This document shows positions 13,361 to 26,852 of a DNA stretch of 64,000 nucleotides, piece by piece. The notes beneath the pieces were generated by a model. That model saw only the letters and a program-made list of their open reading frames with translations. It ran no database searches and had not been told where the DNA came from. Both the position numbers and the translations under genes were made by a program. Numbering within the stretch: position 1 is the first letter of the stretch; each line of letters starts with the position of its first letter. This DNA comes from Octopus vulgaris (taxonomy: Eukaryota), in the NCBI GenBank assembly GCA_951406725.2, contig OX597814.1, positions 153,946,001-154,010,000 on the forward strand, written 5' to 3'.

Positions 13361-14740
13361 TCATTGTTTTGCAATGCATGAAAAAAAATGGAAAATCCTG
13401 ACTAAATTTGCGAAATTCCAACAATGGGTGCTGTTAAACCCGTTGCCAAAGTCCACAAAGTTTATAACAGCAGGTAGAGGTCTCGATTTAACTTCTATAT
13501 GTCTCAGGGCTAAGTTCTGAGATGTGGCTTTCTCTGGTCTAAATCCATTTTGATTTGGTCTTAGATGGCTATCAAGCACCTGTTGAATCCTGAAGAGGAT
13601 AATTTGGTTGATGATTGAGTGAGATATTGGACAGTGCAATTCCTCTGTAGTTAGTTTCCTTGCTGAAGCTTCCTGACTTTGGGATTGGTATCAAGTTGAT
13701 CTTGGACCACTAATCTGGACTTTCTTGGTTCTGTAAGAACTTCTTCACAAAATCCAGTATTATTTCATCTAGATTGCACCTCCTGATAACTTCAGGAGAT
13801 ATTTCATCAGGCTCATCAGCTTTTCCCTCTTTCAGTCAATATTTGGTACTCTGAATTCTTTCAAATACTAGCTGGGGTGCTACAAGGAGATACACTTGCA
13901 CCATATCTGTTTGTAATTGTATTGGATTATGCAGTATCGAAGACCCTGATTTCATCATAGACCAGCAATGATCATGGAGAGTGCCAGTAGTTACCATCAC
14001 AGATCTGGATTTCACAGATGATAGATCTATTATCTAAGAGATCACTTATATTTAATATATCAAGCTCAGCAGCTATTCAGCAGAGTAGAAGCATCAGCTG
14101 CAAAGATAGGACTGCATACAAATGTCAAGGAAACAGAATACATGTCTTTCAACCAATCAAGTGATGCTGAGCTGGTTGTTCTGAGTGGATCTAAATTGAA
14201 TGTTACTGAAGACTTCAAGTACTTAGTGGGGCTGGGTGAGCAGTTTGAAAACAGACAGTAAGATCAGGAAGATACAAGCTTGAACAGCTTGTCACAAACT
14301 AAAGGAAGTATGGAACACCAAATTGCTCTGGCAAATCAAAATGAAGCTGTTCATTACAGCTATTGAATCAGTGCTATTATATGACAATGAAATATGGACA
14401 TTGACAAAGAAATTATCAAATGGGCTAAATGGATGCTACATAAGGATGCTACAAATAGCTCTAAATGTGAAATGACAGCAACATGTGACAAATGAATTGC
14501 CTTTATGGAGACTTGCTGAAGGTCAGCAAGAAGATCACACAGAGATGGCTGCAACCATCTGATCACTACATGTGCCATCCTAAGCTAGGAGCATCCAAAT
14601 AATCCTTGCGGAACCCACTTCATGGTGATGTAAGCAGAGGAAAACATCGTCACACAATGACAACTTGATTGCAGATACTGGCCTCAAATATATCCAGGAG
14701 CTTGAAGCAGTGATGACAGACCAATAAGTGTGACAGGTAT
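13361..14740. mobile_element. RTE-clade LINE RT remnant with inverted 5' part (13361-13840 minus, 13845-14740 plus)
   Basis: Minus: IPIPKSG...NYRGIAL, QNGFRP, FVDF. Plus: GVLQGDTLAPYLF, DLDFTDD, FKYL. Confidence 0.88.
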
Positions 14741-16222
14741 ATTTTGTTTCCATAATAACAAATAATATTCCAAAAGTCTGTTTTTCCTGTTTCCAGTAAG
14801 GGATAGTGGGGCACAATGAGTAACATTTACAGCATTTTTTGACTTTGAGAAAAAATTATTTTTATAAATGTTCACTAACAAAAACTGCATCAGCTAAGCA
14901 AATGACCTTATCTAAATGAATCAAAAACCATTATAATATATTCAGAACACTATTTCAGAAAATTACCTCCATTCTCAATAATCATATAAAAAACAAATTT
15001 AGATGGATCGAAATGAACAAGAAAAGACAAGATAAATTTGCCTCTTCAGCTCTCCAGAATTACATTTGACAAAAAAACTCAAACACATCAATATCTAGGT
15101 TAAATGAAAGGGAATCATGGGAAAATGGCATATGAAATTAATGAAACTTGACTAAATCAAAAAACTCAACATAAAATTTTCTCTGTAAGCTTCTTCACAA
15201 TCTGCTGGAGTGGTTCCCAGCAGAATCCTAGTTTAAGCATCTCATATAATCCCTCATAACTTTTTAATTTTTTAGAATTCTCAAAACACAGGAGGATTCA
15301 TAAAACTAGGAAACATTTAAAAAAATTTTTCAAATTTGTTTTTTTTTAATTACAGTCCTAAATTTTTATCCAATCCCAGTAAAAGGCCATTAAACATGTT
15401 AATGGGGAGAAAGATATTGAAAAACATCAATACGTCAGAGTGACAAAGAAACAAGGATGGTATCATGTGGTGATGAGATGTGCTAAAAATAACAGCTAAA
15501 TAGCCCTTAAATCAGACACAAAAAACTTTTTTTTCATAGTCATATGAATTCCCATGTGTAGAATACAAATTTGCAAAAGTTTTCTGAAAATTCCCAAAGC
15601 TAGGAAACGTAATGAGATGTTATATGGGGTACTTAAAGCAGAATCCTGCTGGGCTCTCTTCCTGATACATTCATGTACCATGCTATTAAAGAAAAGAGAT
15701 TATTGAGATTAGTCATTACTCATTTTGCCCCAGTTTAGATGTCATGTTTTGAAAATTGAAAATTATCAAATTAATGGAAAAAAATTGACTTGGAACACAA
15801 CAGAGGAAAGAATTTGGATTGTTAAACATCCAAAATTGTCTAGATATTTCATTAGCAACCTAAATTACAACTGGGTCATGGTTGGGGAAAAATTTCATGA
15901 AAATAAAGTACCTACTACCTGACAGTTTCAAACTGCCTCAACTGCAATAACAATAATGATGGCCATTGTTTACTCCCAAAGATGATGCAAGAGTACAAAA
16001 TGGTGATGCAATACTTGTAATGTAATGTTTTCAGACAAATAGTGAGAAAACAATAAGAAATTGATAATAACTCATTTTGCCCCAGTTCTATCAATCTCTT
16101 TATCTTTATATACAACCATACTCTCTCTTAGACACACATACATACACAAACACACACACACAGACATACACTCACAGATACATACCTTTTTTGGAGTGTT
16201 TTGTTGTTTTCTGTCAATGTCC

Positions 16223-16899
16223 CAAAAGGAACTACAATTAATTCCCATGGGAATTGTGGCTGCTTTGGGAATGGGTAGCAAAGTGTTTTTTAATTGGATG
16301 AATTGATGTCACTAATGTAGTTAAAACGTTATTTATCAAAAAAGAGGGTCCATTACATTTTTTATATGTTTGTTTATTGAAAGAGAGCTTCTGCATGCAA
16401 GATTGCTGAGAGGTGGGGGGGGGCCTATATTGAGTGTTACATACCCTTCATAGCAGGAGGGCCTTATATCTGTGGATGCCTGAGGCAATTGCCCTCTTTG
16501 ACCACCACTCCTACAAATCTGGCTCTGGCTGCTATGGTTATATAAAGTGCCATCTGCTTAAAATGTATGGAATTTGTGGAAGAGGGAGACCCATGAGACA
16601 AAATAGTAAAAGTTGATCTCAAGATGTTGGGCCTCATGGTGATGACAAAAGACTGAGATGATTGGTGTTTCGTTGTGCTCAATAAGACCCATCTATCATG
16701 CTGGAAGTGAGGTCATGGAAGCATTAGGTTTACATCTAGACACTCACCTGACCCTCTCTTTCTGCACCCAATCCATGCCCATCAAAAGGAACTACAATTA
16801 ATTCCTATGGGAATTGTGGCTGCTTTGGGAATGGCTAGCAAAGTGTTTTTTAATTGAATGAATTGATGTCACTAATGTAGTTAAAACTGGTTATTTATC
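16223..16899 (+). repeat. Direct repeat pair of ~115 bp (16223-16337 and 16783-16899)
   Basis: About 3 substitutions and a small indel between copies. Confidence 0.88.
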
Positions 16900-18049
16900 G
16901 CCTCATCATACTTCTAATATTTATCATACTTCTAACAATGATTCTATTCAGCTGTTGTAATCACATGACAGCAGAATCTGCACATATTTCTTCCCCTTTG
17001 TGCTACTTCTTACTTCACCCTCTCCTTGGAACCACTTCCTTTAACATCTACCATCCCTCCTTCTTGATATCATCCCTTTATTTTCCATTGCTCACCCCCT
17101 TTCTATGCTTCCATGCCTCCATGTGTCGCTTCCTCTCTTCTGAGCTACTGCTTAGGCTGATCACACCTTCTGTAATCCCATTTCGTAGCAGCTATCATTC
17201 TCAACACCCTCTTATTTCTGCCATTGATGATCCCTAACTTTGTCTCCTACACTATAGCCAGCACAGCATACCTCTGGCCTCGGTCTGTACACATCTCTTT
17301 TTCTCTTCCACCCTTCACATCATCTTCCTATTTTCTGATCTATCTACAGGTTGACAATACTACTGCTCTCTAACCTTCTGTACTGTCACTTATCACCTCC
17401 TCCTTCCTGAGCTTTTTCTTTTACTTCCTTGCCATACTAATATTTACCACTAATCACTCCTTCACCCTTATACATCATTCACTATATTAACCTCTATCCC
17501 CAACTCTAACCATTTGTCACTCTTTCACACTCCTATATAAGAATATAGCTGTGGATATCACTATTTTTTATCAGCAGAGTATCCTCTAAATTGGACAATC
17601 ATATTGGATGGAATATCTAATGCAAAGTAAACTCTGCTGGAGAAAAATAAGACTCACGGCTGTAGTGCTTTTATTCTATATTCTTCCTATTTTTTTAATG
17701 TGTGATGAGAGAGATTTGGCTGCTGTTTCTAGCAAGTTAAGTTTGTAGATTTTAAAACAACCAAATAAGATTTAATAACTTCTATATTTGTAAACTATTT
17801 ATATTAGTGAACTGATACACCAGCTAATGCATCCTAAATATTTGTCGGTCACTTGATGTACCAGTCCAATCATGTTAAGTATATATGTATTAGAGAATAT
17901 TTGTAATAATGCATGTTGAATATTATATTATGAAATGGGGTACTAGCTCATGCATGCTAAATATTCCTATAGTGAATTGGCATAGCAAGTTCATGCATGC
18001 TAAATAAGTTATATTAGTGAATTTGTGTTATTGGTCAAAATTACGAATA

Positions 18050-18690
18050 CTCAGGCCCTTCTGAAAAGATTAGAAACAATGCATATCAAAGACCAGTTAC
18101 ACCTTTGATATCAAGAAAGTGGTATACATGATCTAGAACATAGTTGACCACTAGCCACTCATGATGTTGAAGATGGTTCACTCAAGTAATTTTTTTCAGC
18201 TTAAGTACTTTATATTGTTCAAAGCAGGCTCAGGAAATCTCTCAGTGATAACCAGACTTCTACCTCTCCAGACAATTAAAAAAAGAAATCATCTTTATAA
18301 TAGCAATTGCAACATTCCTTCTTTACGGATATGAAACTTGAACTCTCACTTAACTCCATAGTAAAGTACCTTAATGGCTGTTATATCTGGATGCTCCAGG
18401 TACCTTTAATATCAGCTAGATTAAGAAAATCTCTATGATTGCCTCTTCCAGTTGATCAACAAGATAGCAGGAAGAAAGTTGCAACTAGCTGGGCACTGTC
18501 TGCAACAACTTTGGTTGCTTGGCAACAAATCAACATCTGGAAAGCTATCCAAAGAAGAATGATCCATATATGTCCTTCCAAAAACTATAATTAAACATTG
18601 TTGAAGGACAATAATGTTGCAATAACAAATTATGTTGGATTACTGATGACAAAATAATATATATAGCACCTCCGTCATCATGTCAAATGT
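18050..18690 (+). mobile_element. Highly degenerate RTE-type RT C-terminal fragment inside a ~43-bp degenerate minisatellite (17800-18770)
   Basis: LLYG.ET(W)TLT and LAGH-like remnants; atattagtgaa...catgctaaata units on both sides. Confidence 0.6.
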
Positions 18691-19559
18691 AATTGAAAGT
18701 TTATGCATCTGTTCATGCATGTTATGTATTTATATTAGTGAAATGATGCATCAGATAATGTCGGCCAAATTATTTAAAGAAAAGATAATTAATTAGAGAG
18801 AGAAAACAAGGAAATAGGTTTTGTGGAGTGACAAACAAGATATCAAACATATTTCTTTAGAGTTATATACTTCATCATGGTATTTTTCATGAATCCTCAA
18901 ATCACAAGACTAGATGACAACACCTCCCATTGACAGGAAAAAATGGCACTGCAAACTGTTTATTAAAGATGACAGCAAGGCTGAAGTTTTTACAGTAGTC
19001 ATGATAAAGTACTGTTTGTTTTTTGTTTTTTTTTTGTCACCTTTGGTTATAATATAGAACATAATGCAAATATAAATAAAGATATCTTAGTTTGTTGAAA
19101 AGAAGATAGTAGAAAAATAAAACCTTTTAAACATGAAAATGAGGAGAATGTAGTCACAATGTTTAATGAAACTCAACCTGAAATACATAAATGAGAGAAA
19201 TTTTACCTGATTTTGATAAACTGAACAATCTGAAGTGATTATAAATAACATCTGCTTAAATGAGAGCCACAAGGCACTTTGTAACATGATTGTTAGTAAT
19301 TTAATAAAGAGAAGTTAACTCAAGAAAGCAAATAGATGTGTTGTTCATAAATTTGGATAGGTTCATATGAAAATGTGAATCTTGCTTCATATTACAAGTA
19401 AAGCACTTTGCAGAAAGTATGATTCAATAAGAATGTATGGGATACAATAAGAATACATTCAGAAAAAATTTCAAGCTCAGAACAACAAACAAAAGTAGGT
19501 CATTATAATTTGCAAGAGATACTTAAGAAGGAAAACTGTAATGGTAGTTTTCCTCAATG

Positions 19560-19813
19560 TCCACAGCCTGCTGGTTGAAAATGGTAAGAAAATTAGGAAG
19601 GACATCAAACCATAGAAACCATACCAAAGTAGACATTGAAGCATAATGCTGCCTGATCTGACAAATCCAGTCAAACCATTCAACCCATGCTAGCTTGGAA
19701 GACAAACATTAAAGGAAGATGATGGTGGTGGTGATGGTGGTGGTGGTTATGATGACGATGATGATGATGATGACGACAATGATGATGATGATGAGGAGGA
19801 GGAGGAGGAGGAT
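19560..19813 (+). mobile_element. RTE 3' tail with compound (GGT)(GAT)(GAG) microsatellite
   Basis: caaaccattcaacccatgctagc tail motif. Confidence 0.75.
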
Positions 19814-20825
19814 GTATGGTGTGTCAAAGAAACAAATCAGAATTAGGAGTTTATGTAAATTTGAGAATGAAAGGAGGGTTGGAATATTTTGAGAATGAAA
19901 TCAAGGCATGGTTATTGTTCCCTTAACAGAAAGCAAAGGATGCTATTCAGGAAGCTGAGAAAAATGTAAAATTTGGTGAAAAGAAAATAAGGCAAACAGT
20001 GGAAATGATTAATGAATTATATTTCTTCTTTTTGGTAATCTTTTTTCATTAATAGCCCTATATTTAATTTTTTGTTAACACATGTGGCAATACAATAGAT
20101 TTTGGCACCCAAATAATTAAGAAGAATTATAACTAATTTATTCCATGCTAGCCCAATTGGGCAGGGAAAATATTAACAAAATATATTTTATTGCATCATT
20201 TTAAAGTGAAACAGCTTTGTTTATCAAAATATCTTCTGGCATAAAGCCTAAATTGCCATTTCCCATTTTACGATATTTAGGCAAACAGTACAAGCTCAAT
20301 TCAGTAAAAGACAAATTAAAAACTTACAAAATCATCAGCAGCAGTACACCGACTTTAAAATTGTAGTTTTATAATTTACAGTTTGGCTTTTATTCAAATT
20401 CTCATGCAAAGTGGCCAAGTTATATGAAAGGAAATTTCACTCCCTACTTCTACCAAAAATGAAAATTCAAAGTCATTTATTCATTTATGATTTTTTGAAA
20501 AAATTTTCTTCCTCTCAAAGAATTCAATATTTTCTAAATCTAATTATAAAAGGGTTTTAAAGAAAGAAAGAAAAAAGGAATCCAGCAAGATTTAAACAAA
20601 ACATGAAGTTTTCTGCATAGTTTGTCATTAATGAACATTACAATAGAACACATTTTTCCCTTCATAAACATATAAATAGTGTACACAGTAAACTCTCTTT
20701 ATATAATGGACAGATGGATTCAATATGTGTTTGTGCATGTGTAACAGACACCTATAAATAGGTATGCATATATTTTTCTGTGCTTTGAAATGCAAATTTA
20801 CTAATAAACGTGTGTATGTCTGTGA

Positions 20826-20997
<172 letters not shown>

Positions 20998-22213
20998 AAA
21001 TTATTTCCTAGAATTGTGACATGACCAAAAAATCACTCCATAATATTCAGTAATTATAAACATTTGGAAGCTGTAATAAAATATGTTGAAATAAAAGGCT
21101 TCACTTATATTATCTTTCAAATATTTTTTTTTCATGCACTTTGTAAAATACGTTGAAACATTTTTAAAACAGTTCCATTGCCAAGAAGAAATGTATTGTT
21201 ATAGCAACAATTTATTAGTCAAATTTACCATTGTAAGCTTTTAGGGATTAAAATTATTATATTAGTGCAAGAGCAAGGGATAAAAACTGGTGATTATGCA
21301 AGTGATAATAGCAACTATTTTACAGAAGCAAAAATGTTAAATGTAAACCATTCATATCCACAACAACTAGCAGTTATTGTTATGGTTATAATGTGTAAAA
21401 CTATTCAAACTTTATATATTATACTCAATGAGTTTTAAAAGAAGGCAGAAGCTTAAAATGTACAAAAGAAGTAGCATATAGAGCATGTAATGTTTAACTA
21501 ATTCTGCAGTATTTACAATTTGAGGCACTGCTAGTTGCTCTAAACTTGAACAAGTTAAAAACATATGACAAAAGGTAAAGAATAAAAAAAGATTCAAAGG
21601 AAAATTAAAAAAAAAAAAACTTGTATAAATGTGTTTGGAATATAACATTAGAATTGGTGAATGAAAAGAGAAAATAACAGAAGATATAAAAACAAATAAA
21701 CACAAAAATGAAACTTTATAACCAGCATGAAATATTTCCTTTTCATTAATCATGCATGACAATTAAGGGTTTTAATGAAGAGAAAATTGGATTTTGTGAG
21801 GTTCATGCTTTTCTCCAAAAGCATTATTGATATTAATTTTGCAAAACATCTGATTGGGAGTCAAAAACATGTAACAAAAATGTGAGTATGCTAAAATCTT
21901 AATTGTTAGAGCTGTGAGAGGTTAATGTCATGCGGTTCACTGCACTCTAAGTTCAAATCCTGCTGAAGCTAACTTTGCCTTGCATCCCTTTGAAGTCGAT
22001 GGCTGAAAATGTACTAGCAAAGTACTGTAGTCAATTCTCCCCTTTCTCTTTCTCTCAGATTTTGTTATATTGAAGGGACCAACAAATATGTGTCCAAATT
22101 GTGACCTCATAAATCCTTTTACTACACCTTTATGAACTTAGAAAGAAAACAGTGGCAATGTTTTCTTAGATTTGTAGAAGGCCACAAATTCGCAGAAGAA
22201 CAACATAGACATT

Positions 22214-22649
22214 TGTAACAGGATGAGAGGTCCCCACACTGGATGGGTGCAGCTCGTATCCTTTACATTAAGCATTAATTGAAGGAAAGAGTCAAGACTT
22301 CAACAGTATAAATATTTATTTTCTTGATTCGCAATATATACATTTCTTCTTTCTGGGTGAATCAGTAGCCTAGGAGCTTATCACAGTAGTCAAGTGGAGT
22401 GAGCCAAATCCTGTCCATTCAAGCATAGTGGAGATACACCACGAGGTAGCAGCTTGAGAGAGTTGAGGAAACATGACTGTTTTGTTCAGCTGCCGGCGTT
22501 CGAGAGAACGATACAAGGGAATTTCGCTGCAGCTAGTTTTTTACGCATGCTTATGAGGGAACTTCCGGCAAGCCTCCCAGAAGAATCCAACTCTGCACAT
22601 GCTTGCTGGAGATTTCCAAGATGGCGTCACTACACATTTGAACATGACA
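22214..22649 (-). mobile_element. Gypsy-like solo LTR (436 bp)
   Basis: TGTCA...TTACA termini on minus strand; colinear homology with LTR 54586-55036 (cgccatYttg, tgccggaag, gcacccWtccagtg); AATAAA; TSD not evident. Confidence 0.75.
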
Positions 22650-22694
22650 TAGTATATGCTTGAAGCTTATTTCATTGAATCTGAAAGGATTTAA

Positions 22695-22895
22695 ACTCAG
22701 TTTCATGTCAACCTCACTAGTGCTAGTGGCACATAAAAAACACCTAGTATGCTCTGTAAAGTGGTTGGCATTAGGAAGGGTATCCAACTGTAGAAAGCAT
22801 GTCAGAGATGACATTAGAACCTGATACAGCCCTGCAGTTCCCTGTCAAACTGTCCAACCCATGCCAGCATGGAACACAGACATTAAATGATGATG
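22695..22895 (+). mobile_element. RTE 3' UTR copy
   Basis: Shared UTR and gat tail. Confidence 0.82.
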
Positions 22896-25015
22896 TAAAG
22901 AGATAAAATTCAATATTGTAAGGCATTTAGTCTGGTGCTTTGCCATTTCTACCATACTAATAATAAATACATATGTATTGCTTTTTTACAAGACTTCCAT
23001 GACTGGAGGAAGAAATGGAAAAGTTATTCACAAACCAAAACCTGACCTGAATGCTTACAACAGAGTGTACTTCGCTAAAGGTACCCAAGAGCTACCAGAT
23101 GGTATTAAACTAAGTGATGAATCAAGTTTACTCTCCAAAAATAAGAACAGTCAATTCTAATAGGGTTCCACACAGTTTCTATCTACCGATTTTCAATCAC
23201 AAAGCTTTGGTCAACTTGATGCTACAGAGGAGGCCAATTGCCTAAAGTGCTATGCCATAGGAATTAACTCAAAGTTACAAATGTGAAGCAAGCTAGTTAA
23301 CCATGCATCCATTTGTGATCTGCCTGGCATTTGAAATTGAGAATGGTATTGAAATACAAATTGACTTTAGAAAGTTTAGAGGATTAGAAAAACAATTAAT
23401 AAGAACCAATCGTGAGGAAACCAGCAGTGGTCAATGTTAGCAAAAATTATTTAGTAGAGATTTAGGAGTCCCTTGTCCCTGCAGCCTAGACTTTATCAGA
23501 ATAATAAGTCTGTAAACACAGTTTTAAGTTTCACTAAAACCATCATTCCTTTCTTCCATTAATTTTTATCCACTATTTTATCACATTTGTTTGCTTGGTG
23601 AGTTTCCTTTTAGATCTAATCAGACACTACTGGAGTTAGGATATCCAAATTTGCTTATCAGGTAATTACTGAACAAAATAAAACAAAGTTTGCTTTGGGG
23701 TTTTTTTTTCTTTTTTCTTTTTATTCTTTAAAATTTTGCTCTCATTTTATCAAGTTATTTAAATATTAATAAGTACATAGCTTAGCTCTATTGAGCATGC
23801 CATGTGCTGAGTAAGCCATGGTTATATAAAAGGAAGAGAATGAGTTATGAAAAATTCAATAAAAATATGTATGTCCACACACAGGTACATAACAATGCAA
23901 TTTCTTTCAGATATTAGTGGCTGTAATAGTTAGCAGTGTAACATATAATCAATACAAACACATTATGACATTCTTTTGTTAGATACATTAAACATTGTGG
24001 TTTATGCCCAGTCTAATATTTCTTGTTATGAAACAGAATAGAAAAAATGGGGCACATTGAATATAGCCCTCAGACTTCTTACAAGCTTTTTATTAGCACT
24101 ATATTCCATATTTTTTGGACAGTAATTTATTTATCATGCTTATTTTCCTATAGCTATTTGTCATTCATGAAATAAGTAATGTAACTTGAATCTTTCACAC
24201 AAGTTTTGACTGGCAAAGTTTCAAAATAAACATTAATGGTGTCAACCTCATCAGGCTAGGATGCCTGCAAAGGCCATAAGCACTGCCTCCTGCTTCTGAC
24301 CTAGCAAGTAAAAACAAAAATGTATAGAAGCCCTGACACTCTATTGAGTTGCTATTTCAATAAATGTAAAACACTAAATTTATACTTTAAAAATACTATT
24401 CCATGGGAAATGTGCATTCTGAATAGAAAAATAAATTAACAAAAACAAAAGTGCTGGTATGGTTGTGTGATTGAGAAGCCTGCTTCCAAACCATATGGTT
24501 TCAGGTTCAGTCCCACTGCATTGCACCCTGGACAAGTGTCTTCTACTATAGCTCCAGGCCAACCAAAACCTTGTGAGTAGATATGGTAGATGGAAACTGA
24601 AAGAGGCCTGTCATGTGTGTGTGTGTTTGTGTGCACTATTGTCTTGGCAGCATATGATGCCTATAAATGAGCATCATCACCATACAAATGATGCCATTCA
24701 TTTCTAGTCTTCAGTGAAAAACATGTCCAGTTGTCAGAAAATATCACTGTGCTCAGAAACAGATGAAGGTTGGTGACAGGAAGAGTATCTAGCCGTAAAA
24801 AATCTGACTCAACAAATTGTCTAACTCCATGCAGGTAAGGAAAAGTGGACATTAAAGATATGTAATCCAACAGGGCAGTAGTCACCTCTTCTCCTAACAA
24901 TCAACTCTTCCATAATGCATTATCCCAACATACAATTTCTAACCAAACATGGTGCATGTGAAGTGCACCAGTGTCCTCAAAGAAAACCAATGATATTCAC
25001 TTAAAATATACTTAA

Positions 25016-25235
25016 CTCTTTCGTTACTGTATTTATTTTGAGATGCTCTGTGTTTCTTTCAAGTAATTTAAATATAACAGGGAATTTAGTAAAATAACTT
25101 AGTTATCATTCAGCTAGTGTTAGGAACATAAATTGTTACTAAGGTTTGGTGGAAGATTTTAATTCAAAACTTATGAAAACAAGATATTTGTACTCAGAGC
25201 CAGAGGCGGTTTCAGCCAGGTTGGTAACGAAAGGG
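25016..25235 (-). mobile_element. piggyBac-type MITE family 1; degraded copy at ~25320-25480
   Basis: TTAA flanks; reverse complement of 12309-12528. Confidence 0.9.
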
Positions 25236-25550
25236 TTAATGCTATACAAATAAAAAAAGAAAATCTTTCATACACTATATCATCTACAGGATGATAAATT
25301 TTATATAGCTTATTTTTAAATTATCTAAATTAAAGCCTTGTTTTAAATTTTTTGTTGTTAATTTATGCTCCAAATACCAGTTTAATAATGACAAAGTTAA
25401 TTTAGTAAATTTTTCAGTTTTAAAACTTAATTGAAACAAAAATATTATTTTTCAGCAGAAATATGGCTACAGTAAAAGGAAAACAGTATCGTAATGGATA
25501 AATATATTTTTACAAATATCCAATTTATACCGAGATATATCACTGTTGTT

Positions 25551-25975
25551 GGCGTAGGAGTGGCTGTGTGGTAAGTAGCTTGCTTACCAACCACATGGTT
25601 CTGAGTTCAGTCCCACTGTGTGGCACCTTGGGCAAGTGTCTTCTACTATAGCCTCGGGCCGACCAAAGCCTTGTGAGTGGATTTGGTAGATGGAAACTGA
25701 AAGAAGCCCGTCGTATATATGTATATATATACGACGGGCTTTTAGTATGTGACCTCTTTTAGTATGTGACCTCGTCTATATCACTAGCGATTTTTCTTTT
25801 TCCCCTGTCTTCCCTTCTCGGGATCTTTCCTTCTCCTATGTTTCCGACGAAGAGCTCCGCTCAAAATGTCAAACCCTCCTTCTTCCCTTCTTTCCTGACC
25901 ATCCAATAATACTTTATTTGTTCCACGTCCTTGCGTTGTTGTTTTTTGTTTTTGTTTTCTTGTTTGGATTAACTT

Positions 25976-26032
<57 letters not shown>

Positions 26033-26251
26033 ATGTGTGCATATATGTTTGTGTGTTTGTGTTTGTCCCCCCAACATCGCTTGACAACCGATGCTGGTGT
26101 GTTTATGTCCTTGTAACTTAGTGGTTTGGCAAAAGAGACCAATAGAATAAGTACTAGGCTTACAAAGAATAAATCCTGGGGTCAATTGGCTCGACTAAAG
26201 GCAGTGCTCCAGCATAGCCACAGTCAAATGACTGAAGCAAGAAAAAGAGTA
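25551..26251 (+). mobile_element. MER6-like SINE interrupted in its (TA)n tract
   Basis: Matches 11034-11428 except for the insert at ~25727-25977. Confidence 0.92.
25741..25977 (+). mobile_element. Penelope-like pseudo-LTR fragment with decayed type I hammerhead (25840-25874)
   Basis: gttt-cCgacga-a-gagc(tcc)gctc-Aaaa-Tg-tc-aaac; pyrimidine-rich flanks; inserted in TA repeat. Confidence 0.65.
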
Positions 26252-26852
26252 ATCTGTTAGTCATTCTTTTTCGTGTGTGTTTTTTTTTTACATTGCATAA
26301 TTATTCTTGATACAGTCAGGTAGATTCGAACATGAATATGCTAATTACTGTTGTGCTTTGTCACATAACAACTCCTTTTAGACAAATGTGTATTCATAAC
26401 ATACATGATTCATTAGTGCAAGGGACTCTGGGGCAGCTTGTGTTTCAACATCGTTGTGTCTTGTCGGCCAGGGGCACTTCTGGACAGAATATAACAAGAG
26501 TCAATGCTGTTGTTTTAAACTTTAACCAATAAACTGTTTGCTGATCTGTGCTGATACCTGACAACCAATAATAAATTGTTAAATGCAAAGTAAACAACAA
26601 GAATTAAAATAATGACTTGTGGATTTATTCTTAATATCTTCTAGCAGATTCAAATGTGAATATGCTAATCACATTGCAGGAGAACATTTTCTTTATGACA
26701 AATATGTGTTCATAATTCATTTGGTTCAATAGCTCAAGGGACTCTGGGACAGCCAGTGTTTTTATTGCGTAACTCCAATTATTTCATTAGATTATCTGTT
26801 TTTTTTCAAAAATTTGAAGTTTCTATTGACAAACATTCTAGAGGAACACATG

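Noticed and set aside
16223-16899. TRIM/mini-LTR element
   Set aside because: Repeats lack TG...CA ends, PBS, PPT and TSD
22454-22663. 69-aa ORF in a CpG-rich patch as a host exon
   Set aside because: Lies within a solo LTR homologous to 54586-55036
24200-24262. Minus-strand CTGATGA...GAAAC...GTC hammerhead candidate
   Set aside because: No stem I and no credible stem II closure
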